DNA of 64,000 nucleotides, taken from the NCBI GenBank assembly GCA_965203325.1, contig OZ241875.1, forward strand, positions 3,584,001 through 3,648,000, given 5' to 3'. A program made the position numbers and the translations under genes. Shown here piece after piece: positions 53,641 through 64,000 of this stretch. This DNA comes from a bacterium (GTDB lineage: Bacteria; UBA8248). The notes under the pieces are model-generated. The model did no database searches and was not told where the DNA came from. It worked only from the letters and a program-made list of their open reading frames with translations. Each line of letters starts with the position of its first letter. The stretch's first letter is position 1.

Positions 53641-54243
53641 GTGGCGTCGAGAGCCAAGCAGAGAAAAGCGCGCGTGAGCAGAAAGACGAAGGAGACCGAT
53701 TTCTCCGTGGCGATCAACTTGGACGGCGCGGGCGAGGCCGAAATCAATACCGGCCTCGGTTTTTTCGATCACATGCTCGCCCAGATCGCCCGCCACGGGC
53801 TGGTGGATTTGACCGTCCGCGGCAAGGGAGACCTGGACGTCGACGGCCACCACACGGTCGAGGACGTAGGCATCATCCTGGGGCGGACGCTGGCGAAGGC
53901 GCTCGGTGACCGGGCGGGCATCACCCGCTACGCCGACGTGCGCCTGCCCATGATGGACGCGCTCGTTCACGTGGCGGCGGATTTCGGCGGCAGGGGGAAC
54001 CTCGTCTTCCGCGCCGCTTTCCCCGAAGCCCGGATCGGCGAGTTTGACACCGCGCTCGTGCGCGAGTTCTTCTGGTCGGTGGCCACCCACGCGGGCGTCG
54101 ACCTTCACATCGAGGTCTGCTACGGGGACAACAGCCACCACATGGTCGAAGCCGTGTTCAAGGGCTTCGCGCGGGCGCTTCGGGCAGGCGTCGCGCTCGA
54201 CCCGAGAGATACGAGCGTGCCCAGCACGAAGGGTGTTTTATAA
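53641..54243 (+). CDS. hisB: Imidazoleglycerol-phosphate dehydratase
   Basis: RKTKET, FFDHML, HHTVED, NSHHMVEA, PSTKGVL. Confidence 0.96.
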   Translation: MASRAKQRKARVSRKTKETDFSVAINLDGAGEAEINTGLGFFDHMLAQIARHGLVDLTVRGKGDLDVDGHHTVEDVGIILGRTLAKALGDRAGITRYADVRLPMMDALVHVAADFGGRGNLVFRAAFPEARIGEFDTALVREFFWSVATHAGVDLHIEVCYGDNSHHMVEAVFKGFARALRAGVALDPRDTSVPSTKGVL

Positions 54244-54270
54244 GACGGCATTTTGGGGATGGGGAGCGGC

Positions 54271-54933
54271 ATGACTGGCGAGATCGTCGTGGTCGACTAC
54301 GGCATGGGAAATGTTTTGAGCGTGCGGAACGCCCTGGCCAAAATCGGTGCGGAGGCGGTGCTGAGCGACGACCCCGAAGTCCTGGAAGCGGCGGGGGGCG
54401 TCATCCTGCCCGGCGTGGGCGGTTTTCCGGATTGCATGCGTGCCCTGGAGGAAGCCGACCTCACCGGGCCGCTTCGCCGCGTCATCGAGAGAGGCGTTCC
54501 CTATCTCGGGATATGTCTCGGCCTCCAGATTCTTTTCGAGGAAAGCGAGGAGTTCGGCGCCACGCCGGGCCTGGGAATCCTGCCCGGGCGCGTGCGGCGC
54601 TTTCCCGAGGGGATGACCGAAAACGGCGGCGCGCTGCCCTTGAAGGTTCCCCACATGGGCTGGAACCAGCCTGAGTTTCAGAACCACTCCCCGATTCTTG
54701 AAGGCGTGCCGAGCGGGGCGCATTTCTATTTCGTCCACTCCTACTATGCGGAGCCCTCCGAAGCGGCGCGGCCCTGGATCGCGGCGACGTGTGATTTCGG
54801 CGTGCCGTTCATCGCCAGCGTCCATCGGGAAAACCTCTTCGCCACCCAATTTCACCCCGAGAAAAGCGGCGCGCTCGGTTTGGAGATTTTAAGGAAATTC
54901 GTCGACATCTGCGGCGCGCGCGAAGCCTCGTAG
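54271..54933 (+). CDS. hisH: Imidazole glycerol phosphate synthase glutaminase subunit
   Basis: DYGMGN, LPGVG, GICLG, PHMGWN, YFVHSY, QFHPEKS. Confidence 0.96.
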   Translation: MTGEIVVVDYGMGNVLSVRNALAKIGAEAVLSDDPEVLEAAGGVILPGVGGFPDCMRALEEADLTGPLRRVIERGVPYLGICLGLQILFEESEEFGATPGLGILPGRVRRFPEGMTENGGALPLKVPHMGWNQPEFQNHSPILEGVPSGAHFYFVHSYYAEPSEAARPWIAATCDFGVPFIASVHRENLFATQFHPEKSGALGLEILRKFVDICGAREAS

Positions 54934-54935
54934 GG

Positions 54936-55123
54936 GGTTGTTGGAAAGCCTCCCTCCTCAGGGGATAAAGGCAACCCCCCCTACCCCCCCTTATCAGGGG
55001 GGTAAAAGCGGAAAAGCCCCTCTTCTCAGGGGGTATGAAAAGGCGATGTGCCCTCGCCGGTCTGAGGGGGTTTTGATTTTTCTTGCCCCCTGACAAGGAG
55101 GGGTAGGGGGGTTGGTTTTTAAG
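54936..55123. repeat. Second, partial copy of MITE/REP-like element inside his operon
   Basis: Starts GGTTGTTGGAAAG; contains CAGGGGGTATGAAAAGGCGATG...CTTGCCCCCTG.CAAGG..GGTAGGGGGGT shared with 21125-21217. Confidence 0.75.
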
Positions 55124-55340
55124 CTAAGGGAGGGCGAGTGAAGCATGATTCCCTCCGAACCCCTCATCCCTCCTTGCCGTGAACCCCCCAACCCCCTGGG
55201 GGCGGCCTCTCTTGCGGGTCGTTGCATGCGCGCCTTCGCCCCTTTTCCGCGATAATTTCCCGTAAGCGTTTGCAATAAAACCCGTTTGGGTTTAATGAGA
55301 GGCGCAACAGTTGCGGGAATCTCATCGTGGGGGTGGCGTT

Positions 55341-56066
55341 TTGCTTCTCATTCCGGCGGTCGATCTCAAGGGCGGCAAATGCGTGCGGCTCATCCAGGGC
55401 CAGAAAGGGCGCGAGATCGTCTACGGCGACGACCCGGTGGCCTGGGCCCTGCGCTGGGTAGAGCAGGGCGCGCAGCGCCTGCACCTCATCGATCTCGACG
55501 GCGCCTTTGACGGCGCGCCCGCCCACGTCGACGTCCTGGAACAAGTGGCCGGGGCCGTGGACGTTCCCGTGGAATTCGGCGGCGGCGTGCGCTCCGAAGA
55601 ATCTCTCGAGGCCGTCCTGGAGGCGGGGGCGAGTTTCGTCATCCTGGGCACGAGCGCGCTCAGAAACCCCGAATTCCTCGAAGCAGCCGCCCGCGCGAAT
55701 CCCGGCAAAATTCTGTTGGGCATCGACGCCAGGGACGGGGAAGTCAGAATCTCGGGCTGGGAGGAGGGGGACTCGGTGTCGCCCGAGTCGCTGGCGAACC
55801 GCTTCGCCCATCTTCCCCTGGCGGGCATCATCTTCACCGACATCAGGCGCGACGGCACGCTTGAAGGCTTCGACCCGGCCCCTACCGCCGCCTTGGCCCA
55901 GGCCTGCGGTCTGCCGGTCATCGCCGCAGGGGGCGTGAGCAGGCTGGAGGATGTGGAAAAACTCATTCCCCTGGAAGAGAAGGGCGTCATCGGCGCCGTC
56001 GTGGGGCGCGCGCTCTATGAGGGGACCATGGACTTTCCAAAGGCGATGGAGATGCTCTCTTGCTAG
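55341..56066 (+). CDS. hisA: ProFAR isomerase
   Basis: [46 protein letters not shown]. Confidence 0.95.
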   Translation: MLLIPAVDLKGGKCVRLIQGQKGREIVYGDDPVAWALRWVEQGAQRLHLIDLDGAFDGAPAHVDVLEQVAGAVDVPVEFGGGVRSEESLEAVLEAGASFVILGTSALRNPEFLEAAARANPGKILLGIDARDGEVRISGWEEGDSVSPESLANRFAHLPLAGIIFTDIRRDGTLEGFDPAPTAALAQACGLPVIAAGGVSRLEDVEKLIPLEEKGVIGAVVGRALYEGTMDFPKAMEMLSC

Positions 56067-56830
56067 CCAAGCGAATCATTCCCTGTCTCGACGTGAAGGA
56101 AGGCCGCGTGGTGAAGGGCGTGAATTTCGAGGGCCTGCGCGACGCGGGCGACCCCGTGGAGTGCGCCGCGCATTATGACGAGATGGGGGCGGATGAAATC
56201 TGCTTTCTCGACATCACGGCTTCGAAGGAAAAGCGCGGCACCCTGCTCGACATGGTGCGCCGCACGGCGGAGCGCGTGTTCGTTCCCCTCACCGTCGGCG
56301 GCGGCGTGCGCGAGGAGAAAGACGTGCGCGATCTGCTGAGGGCGGGGGCGGACAAGGTGAGCATCAACAGTGCGGCGCTCAGGGACCCGGGTGTCCTCAA
56401 GCGCTCAGCGGAGCGCTACGGGAGTTCCACCATCGTGTGCGCCATCGACGCCAAGCGCGTTGCGGAGGATGCGGATGCGCCCCGCTGGGAGGCGTTCACG
56501 CACGGGGGCTCGCGCCCCACCGGCCAGGACGCCGTGGCCTGGGCAGAGGAGGCTTGCGCGCTGGGCGCGGGCGAGATTCTCCTCACCAGCATGGACAGGG
56601 ACGGAACCAAGGACGGGTATGATCTAGCCCTCACGCGCAAGATTGCCGAGCGGGTGGGCGTGCCCGTCATCGCTTCGGGCGGCGTGGGGAATCTGGCGCA
56701 TCTCTACGAGGGTCTGGAGGAGGGTTGCGCCGACGCCGTGCTGGCTGCCTCGATCTTCCATTTTGGAGATTACTCGGTCGAGGAGGTGAAAATCTATCTG
56801 CGCGAGCGCGGCGTGGAGGTGAGGCTGTGA
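56060..56830 (+). CDS. hisF: Imidazole glycerol phosphate synthase cyclase subunit
   Basis: [46 protein letters not shown]. Confidence 0.97.
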   Translation: MLAKRIIPCLDVKEGRVVKGVNFEGLRDAGDPVECAAHYDEMGADEICFLDITASKEKRGTLLDMVRRTAERVFVPLTVGGGVREEKDVRDLLRAGADKVSINSAALRDPGVLKRSAERYGSSTIVCAIDAKRVAEDADAPRWEAFTHGGSRPTGQDAVAWAEEACALGAGEILLTSMDRDGTKDGYDLALTRKIAERVGVPVIASGGVGNLAHLYEGLEEGCADAVLAASIFHFGDYSVEEVKIYLRERGVEVRL

Positions 56831-57501
56831 ACGAGATGGAAATCCCCGAGGTCAAGTGGAACGAGCAGGGTCTGGCCCCCGCCATCTGCCAGGATGCGGC
56901 GACGGGGCAGGTCCTGACACTCGCGTGGGTGAACGAGGAATCGCTCCGCCTGACGCTGGAGAAGGGAACCGTCCACTTCTGGTCCCGCTCCCGCAGTGAA
57001 CTTTGGCACAAGGGCGCGACGTCGGGCAACTATCTGCATCTGGTCTCTGCGAGGCTCGATTGCGATGCGGATGCGCTGGTGTTCATCGTGAGGCCCGACG
57101 GGCCGGCCTGCCACACGAACCGGATGTCGTGTTTCTTCAACGAAGTCCCTGCGCCCGGGCGGGAGGATGGAGAGGAGGACTTCGATTTCGATCAGAACCT
57201 GCTCGAATCGGTGTATCGCCTGATTCTCGCGAGGAAAGAGGTGGGCGATACGGATTCGAGTTACGTGGCGCGTCTGTACGCCAGGGGCGAGGAGCGGGTG
57301 CTGGAGAAAATAGACGAGGAGGCCGCCGAGGTCGTCATGGCGATGAGGGAAGAAGACGCGGAGGCGGTAACGAACGAGGTGGCCGACTTGTGGTTCCACA
57401 CCCTGGTGGGGATGGCCACGCGCGGCGTGCCGCCGGGGCGGGTTTTCGCGGAACTCGCACGCCGGTTCGGACGCGGCGGGAGGCCCGAATCCGAGAGGTA
57501 G
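56827..57501 (+). CDS. hisIE: Bifunctional PR-AMP cyclohydrolase / PR-ATP pyrophosphatase
   Basis: [47 protein letters not shown]. Confidence 0.95.
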   Translation: MNEMEIPEVKWNEQGLAPAICQDAATGQVLTLAWVNEESLRLTLEKGTVHFWSRSRSELWHKGATSGNYLHLVSARLDCDADALVFIVRPDGPACHTNRMSCFFNEVPAPGREDGEEDFDFDQNLLESVYRLILARKEVGDTDSSYVARLYARGEERVLEKIDEEAAEVVMAMREEDAEAVTNEVADLWFHTLVGMATRGVPPGRVFAELARRFGRGGRPESER

Positions 57502-57566
57502 GGCGTATTTCGCCAAGTCCGGGTCTCCGGCGTCCATGGCGGAAGGTTTCATTATTTTCATTTTTC

Positions 57567-57595
57567 TTGACAGATCCGGCCTCGGCTCCTATATT
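57567..57595 (+). promoter_or_regulatory. sigma70-like promoter upstream of mutS2-dnaG-rpoD
   Basis: TTGACA-17 bp-TATATT with upstream T-rich tract. Confidence 0.6.
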
Positions 57596-57919
57596 GTCTC
57601 CCGATAATGGGATTATTGCGCAGTCTGTGCTTTTGGTGTTTATAACCTGTTGAATTTCAAAAAGATGCGGGATGACGAGGGTCGTCCCCCTTATATTTTC
57701 CATATACATTCCGTTCTTCGGCCCGTCATGAAGAACGACCGACAAAAGGATTCTGAGCAATAATTCGCCCCACCGGCATTCCTGACTGATTCCAGGAAGG
57801 TTTGCGGGAGTTGAACCGCCTGATCTTCGTTCGAGAAATTCAGCAAACATCATTATGTCCCGACGCCGGGACGAAGCGCATCATGAATCGTTGAATCACA
57901 TATCTGTGGATGATGTTCG

Positions 57920-60274
57920 ATGGATAGCCGCACACTGCAAGGCATTGAATTCGAAAGTGTTCTGAAGCTGCTGGAGGCTCGCTGCGCCTCGGCGTCCGGC
58001 GAAGCTGCGGCCAAGGCCCTCGTTCCGCTCACCTCGTCTTTCGAGGTCGATACCCTGCTCGACGAGACGGATGAGGCGGTGGCGCTCCTGGGTGCGGGGG
58101 AGCACATGCCGCTGGCCGCGTTCGATGACCCCGAAGAGTGGCTTGAGGACATCAGACGCCGGGGAGGGAACCTTGAGGGCGAGAAATTCCTCTCGATACT
58201 CTCCTTGCTGAACCTCGCCTCCGACGTGCGGCGCTTCGTTGAAGAGCGCGCCGAGAGGCTGCCCAGGCTCCGGATGCGCATTCACAGTGCGGACATGCAA
58301 TATCCCCTGGCCGCGCGTATCCGGCGCATTCTCGATGAGCGCGGCGAGGTGCGCGACGACGCGAGCCCGGAACTCCAGGAATCGAGAACGAAACAGCGCG
58401 CGCTCAGGAGCGAGATACGGCGTCTCCTCGACAGGATAATGAGCGCGCACCCGAATGCGATTCAGGAGAATCTGATCGTCCAGCGGCGCGAGCGGTACCT
58501 GATCCCCGCCAGGACGACCTTCAAGCGCTCGTTCGAGGGCGTGATACAGGACCGCTCCGCGAGCGGAGAGACGCTGTTCGTCGAGCCGCTTTCGGCGGTG
58601 CCCGTCAACAACGCCATCGCCGAAGAACGCGAGGCCGAGCGCGCGGAGGTGGAGAGAATCCTGCGCGAGCTGACCGCGGAGGTCATGGCGGCGCGCGAGG
58701 CAATCGTTTATCTGGTGGGATGCCTGGCGGCGCTCGACCTTATCTGGGCGAAGGCGCGCCTGGGGGTCGATTGGCGCGGCGCGCGCGCTCAGGCGAGCGC
58801 GGACGGGAGCATTAGGCTCAAAGCCGCGCGCCATCCCCTGCTCACGGCGGGCGTCGGCGCGGTGCCGAAGGAGCGGGTGGTGCCCATCGACCTCGAAGTC
58901 GGGAGAGACGGGGTGCGCCAGCTCCTCATCACCGGCCCCAACACGGGCGGCAAGACGGTGGCCTTGAAGACGGTGGGCCTCTGCGCCGCGCTTCACCAGT
59001 GCGGCGTGCCCATACCGGTTGCGCCCGAGAGCGCGCTGCCCGTCGTCAGGACGCTCGTCGCCGACATCGGGGATGAGCAGGACATTCAGCAGAACCTGAG
59101 CACCTTCTCGGGCCACATGGCGCGCGTTTCGGGCGCTGTGCGCGAGGCGGATGAGGGCGTGCTCGTGCTCCTGGACGAGTTGGGCTCCGGCACCGACCCG
59201 GCGGAGGGTTCGGCCATCGGCGTCTCCGTGCTCGAGCATCTGGCGGCAAGCGGCGCGCTTTGCATCGTGACGACGCACCACGACGCGCTGAAGCATTACG
59301 CCTACGGGGCCGCGCACGCCGAGAACGCGTCGGTGGAGTTCGACGCCGATGACCTCTCGCCCACCTACCGGATCCGCATGGGCGCGGCGGGGCCGAGCAA
59401 CGCCATGTCGGTGGCGCAGAAGATGGGCTTGCCCGAGTCCGTGCTTTCGCGCGCGGATGCGCTGCTCATGAAAGGCCCCGTCCAGGTGGACCGCCTCATG
59501 GCGAACCTCTCCGAGCAGGAGCGCGAGATCGAAGAAAAAGAGGCCGACCTCTCGGCCCGGCGGGCGCAAGTCGAAGAGCAAGAGAGGGAAGTCGAGCGCC
59601 AATTGGGCGAGGAAGCGCGCCAAAGAGGCGATGAGGCGGCCCGGTTCCTCAAGGACTTGAGGCGCGAGGCCGATGATCTCCTGAACGAGATGCGCGGGGC
59701 GCTCGAAATGGAGGAGGCCAAGCGAATCGCGCGCGAGCGCATCCGCGAGATGAGCGCCAGGATCGAGGAAGCGCTTCCAGAGAGGAAAGAGGAGGCGGCG
59801 AAACGCACGTCGATTTCATGCCGCGTGGGAGACAGGGTGCGCATCCCGCTCATGAATTGCACGGGCGTGGTGGCTGCCCTGCACGGAGAGGACGAGCTGA
59901 CCGTGTCGGTGAACGGCAAAGCCCTGCGCCTGTCTTCCAATGTGGTGGAAGTTCTGGACGATGCGCCGGGCGCGCCCGCCCGCAGGAGCAGGGTTACGCA
60001 CGACGTCGATTCGCGGGGGGATGATTTCTCGCCCGAGCTTCAACTTCGCGGCGTGCGCGCCGAGCGCGCCCTCGAGATGGTGGATAAATATCTCGACGAC
60101 GCCGCGCTCGTGGGAATCGCGTCGGTTCGCATCGTTCACGGCAAGGGGGAGGGGGTGCTCTCCAAGGTCATTGCGGAGCGGCTTGAAAGTCACGCCCTGG
60201 TGTCGAAGTTCGGCCCCGCCCGGCCCGAAGAGGGCGGCTGGGGCGTCACGAACGTGGAGCTGGCCCTGCGCTGA
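57920..60274 (+). CDS. mutS2: MutS2 endonuclease/ATPase
   Basis: SASGETLFVEP, TGPNTGGKT, DIGDEQ..LSTFSGH, DELGSGTDP, coiled coil, Smr domain IVHGKGEG. Confidence 0.95.
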   Translation: MDSRTLQGIEFESVLKLLEARCASASGEAAAKALVPLTSSFEVDTLLDETDEAVALLGAGEHMPLAAFDDPEEWLEDIRRRGGNLEGEKFLSILSLLNLASDVRRFVEERAERLPRLRMRIHSADMQYPLAARIRRILDERGEVRDDASPELQESRTKQRALRSEIRRLLDRIMSAHPNAIQENLIVQRRERYLIPARTTFKRSFEGVIQDRSASGETLFVEPLSAVPVNNAIAEEREAERAEVERILRELTAEVMAAREAIVYLVGCLAALDLIWAKARLGVDWRGARAQASADGSIRLKAARHPLLTAGVGAVPKERVVPIDLEVGRDGVRQLLITGPNTGGKTVALKTVGLCAALHQCGVPIPVAPESALPVVRTLVADIGDEQDIQQNLSTFSGHMARVSGAVREADEGVLVLLDELGSGTDPAEGSAIGVSVLEHLAASGALCIVTTHHDALKHYAYGAAHAENASVEFDADDLSPTYRIRMGAAGPSNAMSVAQKMGLPESVLSRADALLMKGPVQVDRLMANLSEQEREIEEKEADLSARRAQVEEQEREVERQLGEEARQRGDEAARFLKDLRREADDLLNEMRGALEMEEAKRIARERIREMSARIEEALPERKEEAAKRTSISCRVGDRVRIPLMNCTGVVAALHGEDELTVSVNGKALRLSSNVVEVLDDAPGAPARRSRVTHDVDSRGDDFSPELQLRGVRAERALEMVDKYLDDAALVGIASVRIVHGKGEGVLSKVIAERLESHALVSKFGPARPEEGGWGVTNVELALR

Positions 60275-60304
60275 TGCGCCGCGTTTCGGAATGAGGATGC
60301 AGGA

Positions 60305-62191
60305 ATGGGACGAGTGCCTGAAGAGGTGGTCGATCAGATACGGGACGGCGCCCCGATAGAGGACGTCGTCGGCGAGTTCGTGAGCCTCAAGAAAGCGGGC
60401 ACGAACTACAAGGGCCTCTGTCCGTTCCATGACGAGAAGACGCCTTCGTTCAACGTGAACCCGCGCATGGGCATCTACAAGTGCTTCGGGTGCGGTGCGG
60501 GCGGCAACGTCTTTCAGTTCCTGATGCAGCACGAGGGCATGACTTTTCCCGAGGCGCTTGAACGCCTGGCGAAACGCCAGGGGATCGACCTCTCCCGCTA
60601 TGAGGATTCCCGGGAGCAAGGTCCCCGGAAGCCCGACGCGCGCGGGAAGATACTGGCCGCGAATCGTCTGGCGGCCGATTTCTTCAAGGCGGCGCTCAAG
60701 AGCAACCCGGGCGAGCGGGGCCGCAAGTATCTCGAGGAGCGCGGCGTTGCGGAAGACGCCCTCGATAGGTTTCATGTCGGGTTCTCGCCTCCGCGCTGGG
60801 ACGCGCTCATCAAGGCCGCGGGGAAAAGAGGGGTGTCGCCCGACGACCTCGCGGAGGCGGGCCTCGCGGTGCGGCGCGAGGACGGGAGCGGGCATTACGA
60901 CCGCTTCCGGGACCGCATCATGTTCCCCATCCGCAACCACGAGGGCGAGATCGTGGGCTTCGGCGGGCGTTCGCTGCCCGACAGCGACCCGCGCCACGCC
61001 ACCGCGAAGTACGTGAATTCGCCGGATACGGCGCTCTTCAAGAAGGGCCGGACGCTGTATGGCTTTTACGAGGGCAGGGAGTCGATTCGCGAGAAAAAGC
61101 GCGTCCTAGTGACGGAGGGGTATTTCGACGTCATATCGCTCTGGCGGCATGGGTTCCGGGAGGCCGTGGCGCCCCTTGGCACGGCGCTGACCGCAGAGCA
61201 CATCAGGAGCCTCCGGGCGCACGCCGAGGAACTCGTGTTCGTCTTTGATCCCGACGCCGCGGGTCTCGCGGCTTCTGAGCGCGCGGGTTCGGTGGCGGGG
61301 CGGATGCTCGGCCTCGCGGGCGCGCCCGATCTGCTCGTGGCCGGCGACGTGCTACGCAAGAATTTCATCGATCGCGACGGGGCGGGTGCCGTGCGCCTCA
61401 AGGTGGTGAACCTGCCCGAGGGGCGCGACGTCGACACGTTTCTGGGAGAAAACGGCGCGGAGGACTTCGCCCGGCTGCTTTCCTCTGCCGAGGGCATCCT
61501 GGAGAACACCGTCCAGACCGCGATGGCCGGAATCGCCGCGGGCGCGAGCCAGGCCGAGAAAATCGAGGGCGTCCAGAGGCTCTTGCCCATACTCGGGGCT
61601 TGCCACCGCAGCGTTCAGGACCAATATTTGGCTTTGGTGGAGGATCAGCTCGGGATTCCCTACCCCACGCTGACGGCCATGGTGAGGAGGTTGCAGGCCG
61701 AAAACGCCCGGGAACCTTCGCCCCGCAAAGAGGAAAACCAGGTCGATCTGCTGGGCGAGAACATCGATCGTCCAAAATTCGAGACGGACGCCTTGCAGCT
61801 CTTGCTCATGAGGCCGGAGTTGGCGTCCGAGGTGCCCGATGGACTCATGACCGACCCGGCGGTGGGCGAGGTCCTCTCCCTCATGAAATCCGAGGATGCG
61901 GCCTCGCTCACGGCGGCTTCCATCGCGGACAGGCTGAAGAGCCCCGCCGCGCGCGCCCTGGTGGTGGAGTTGGCCGTCGTGGAGGTGGAACCCGAAGAAG
62001 TCGAGGCGGAGCTTTTCGATTGCATCGAGAGGCTCAAGGAGCGGCGCCGCCGAAAGATGGAAGCGGATTTGATGAAGCGCATCGAGCAGACACGAAAGCA
62101 GGAGGGGGAGGATTCCCCCGAGATGTGGAAACTCATGGAACGGAAAAACGCGCTTCTGCGCGAGCGGCAGCGAGCGGCCTCTCCGCGTTGA
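60305..62191 (+). CDS. dnaG: DNA primase
   Basis: [15 protein letters not shown] Zn finger, [30 protein letters not shown]. Confidence 0.97.
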   Translation: MGRVPEEVVDQIRDGAPIEDVVGEFVSLKKAGTNYKGLCPFHDEKTPSFNVNPRMGIYKCFGCGAGGNVFQFLMQHEGMTFPEALERLAKRQGIDLSRYEDSREQGPRKPDARGKILAANRLAADFFKAALKSNPGERGRKYLEERGVAEDALDRFHVGFSPPRWDALIKAAGKRGVSPDDLAEAGLAVRREDGSGHYDRFRDRIMFPIRNHEGEIVGFGGRSLPDSDPRHATAKYVNSPDTALFKKGRTLYGFYEGRESIREKKRVLVTEGYFDVISLWRHGFREAVAPLGTALTAEHIRSLRAHAEELVFVFDPDAAGLAASERAGSVAGRMLGLAGAPDLLVAGDVLRKNFIDRDGAGAVRLKVVNLPEGRDVDTFLGENGAEDFARLLSSAEGILENTVQTAMAGIAAGASQAEKIEGVQRLLPILGACHRSVQDQYLALVEDQLGIPYPTLTAMVRRLQAENAREPSPRKEENQVDLLGENIDRPKFETDALQLLLMRPELASEVPDGLMTDPAVGEVLSLMKSEDAASLTAASIADRLKSPAARALVVELAVVEVEPEEVEAELFDCIERLKERRRRKMEADLMKRIEQTRKQEGEDSPEMWKLMERKNALLRERQRAASPR

Positions 62192-62267
62192 AGCGTTTTC
62201 GAGGATTTTGTATTTTCACGGATTCGCAGTGGTTAAACTGACTGGCCGGACGAAGAGGAGAGTGACA

Positions 62268-64000
<1,733 letters not shown>

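Noticed and set aside
57896..59623. 575-aa - strand ORF
   Set aside because: Antisense shadow of mutS2

Overview
GC-rich bacterial chromosome segment. The order DUF507 x2-coaE-rho-rpmE-prfA-prmC-murA-his-mutS2-dnaG-rpoD suggests a Nitrospinota/Nitrospirota/deltaproteobacterial-like lineage (inference only). Left third (~2.3-19.8 kb) is accessory: after glcE/glcF come a DUF3500 protein, an IS256 remnant, an SDR plus a hypothetical, a structured non-coding segment with bridge-RNA-like architecture, a lipoprotein subtilase with a probable beta-barrel C-terminus, an IS110 remnant, a DUF1989 gene divergent from a polar amino-acid ABC transporter, and an NtaA/DmoA monooxygenase-NitT/TauT ABC operon ending in an MBL-hydrolase pseudogene. 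The middle holds moaB, coaD, aspC, an MFS, tyrS, a MoxR AAA+ ATPase with an unusual 657-aa partner, DUF2877, panE, a GNAT, gcvTHP plus a lipoyl ligase, a VapBC45-like TA pair, tRNA-Gly(CCC), a PHP gene and a degenerate WYL regulator. The right third is core housekeeping. Several dispersed palindromic/MITE-like repeats and candidate structured leaders occur. No CRISPR array or rRNA was seen. All family calls come from reading motifs by eye, not from database searches.
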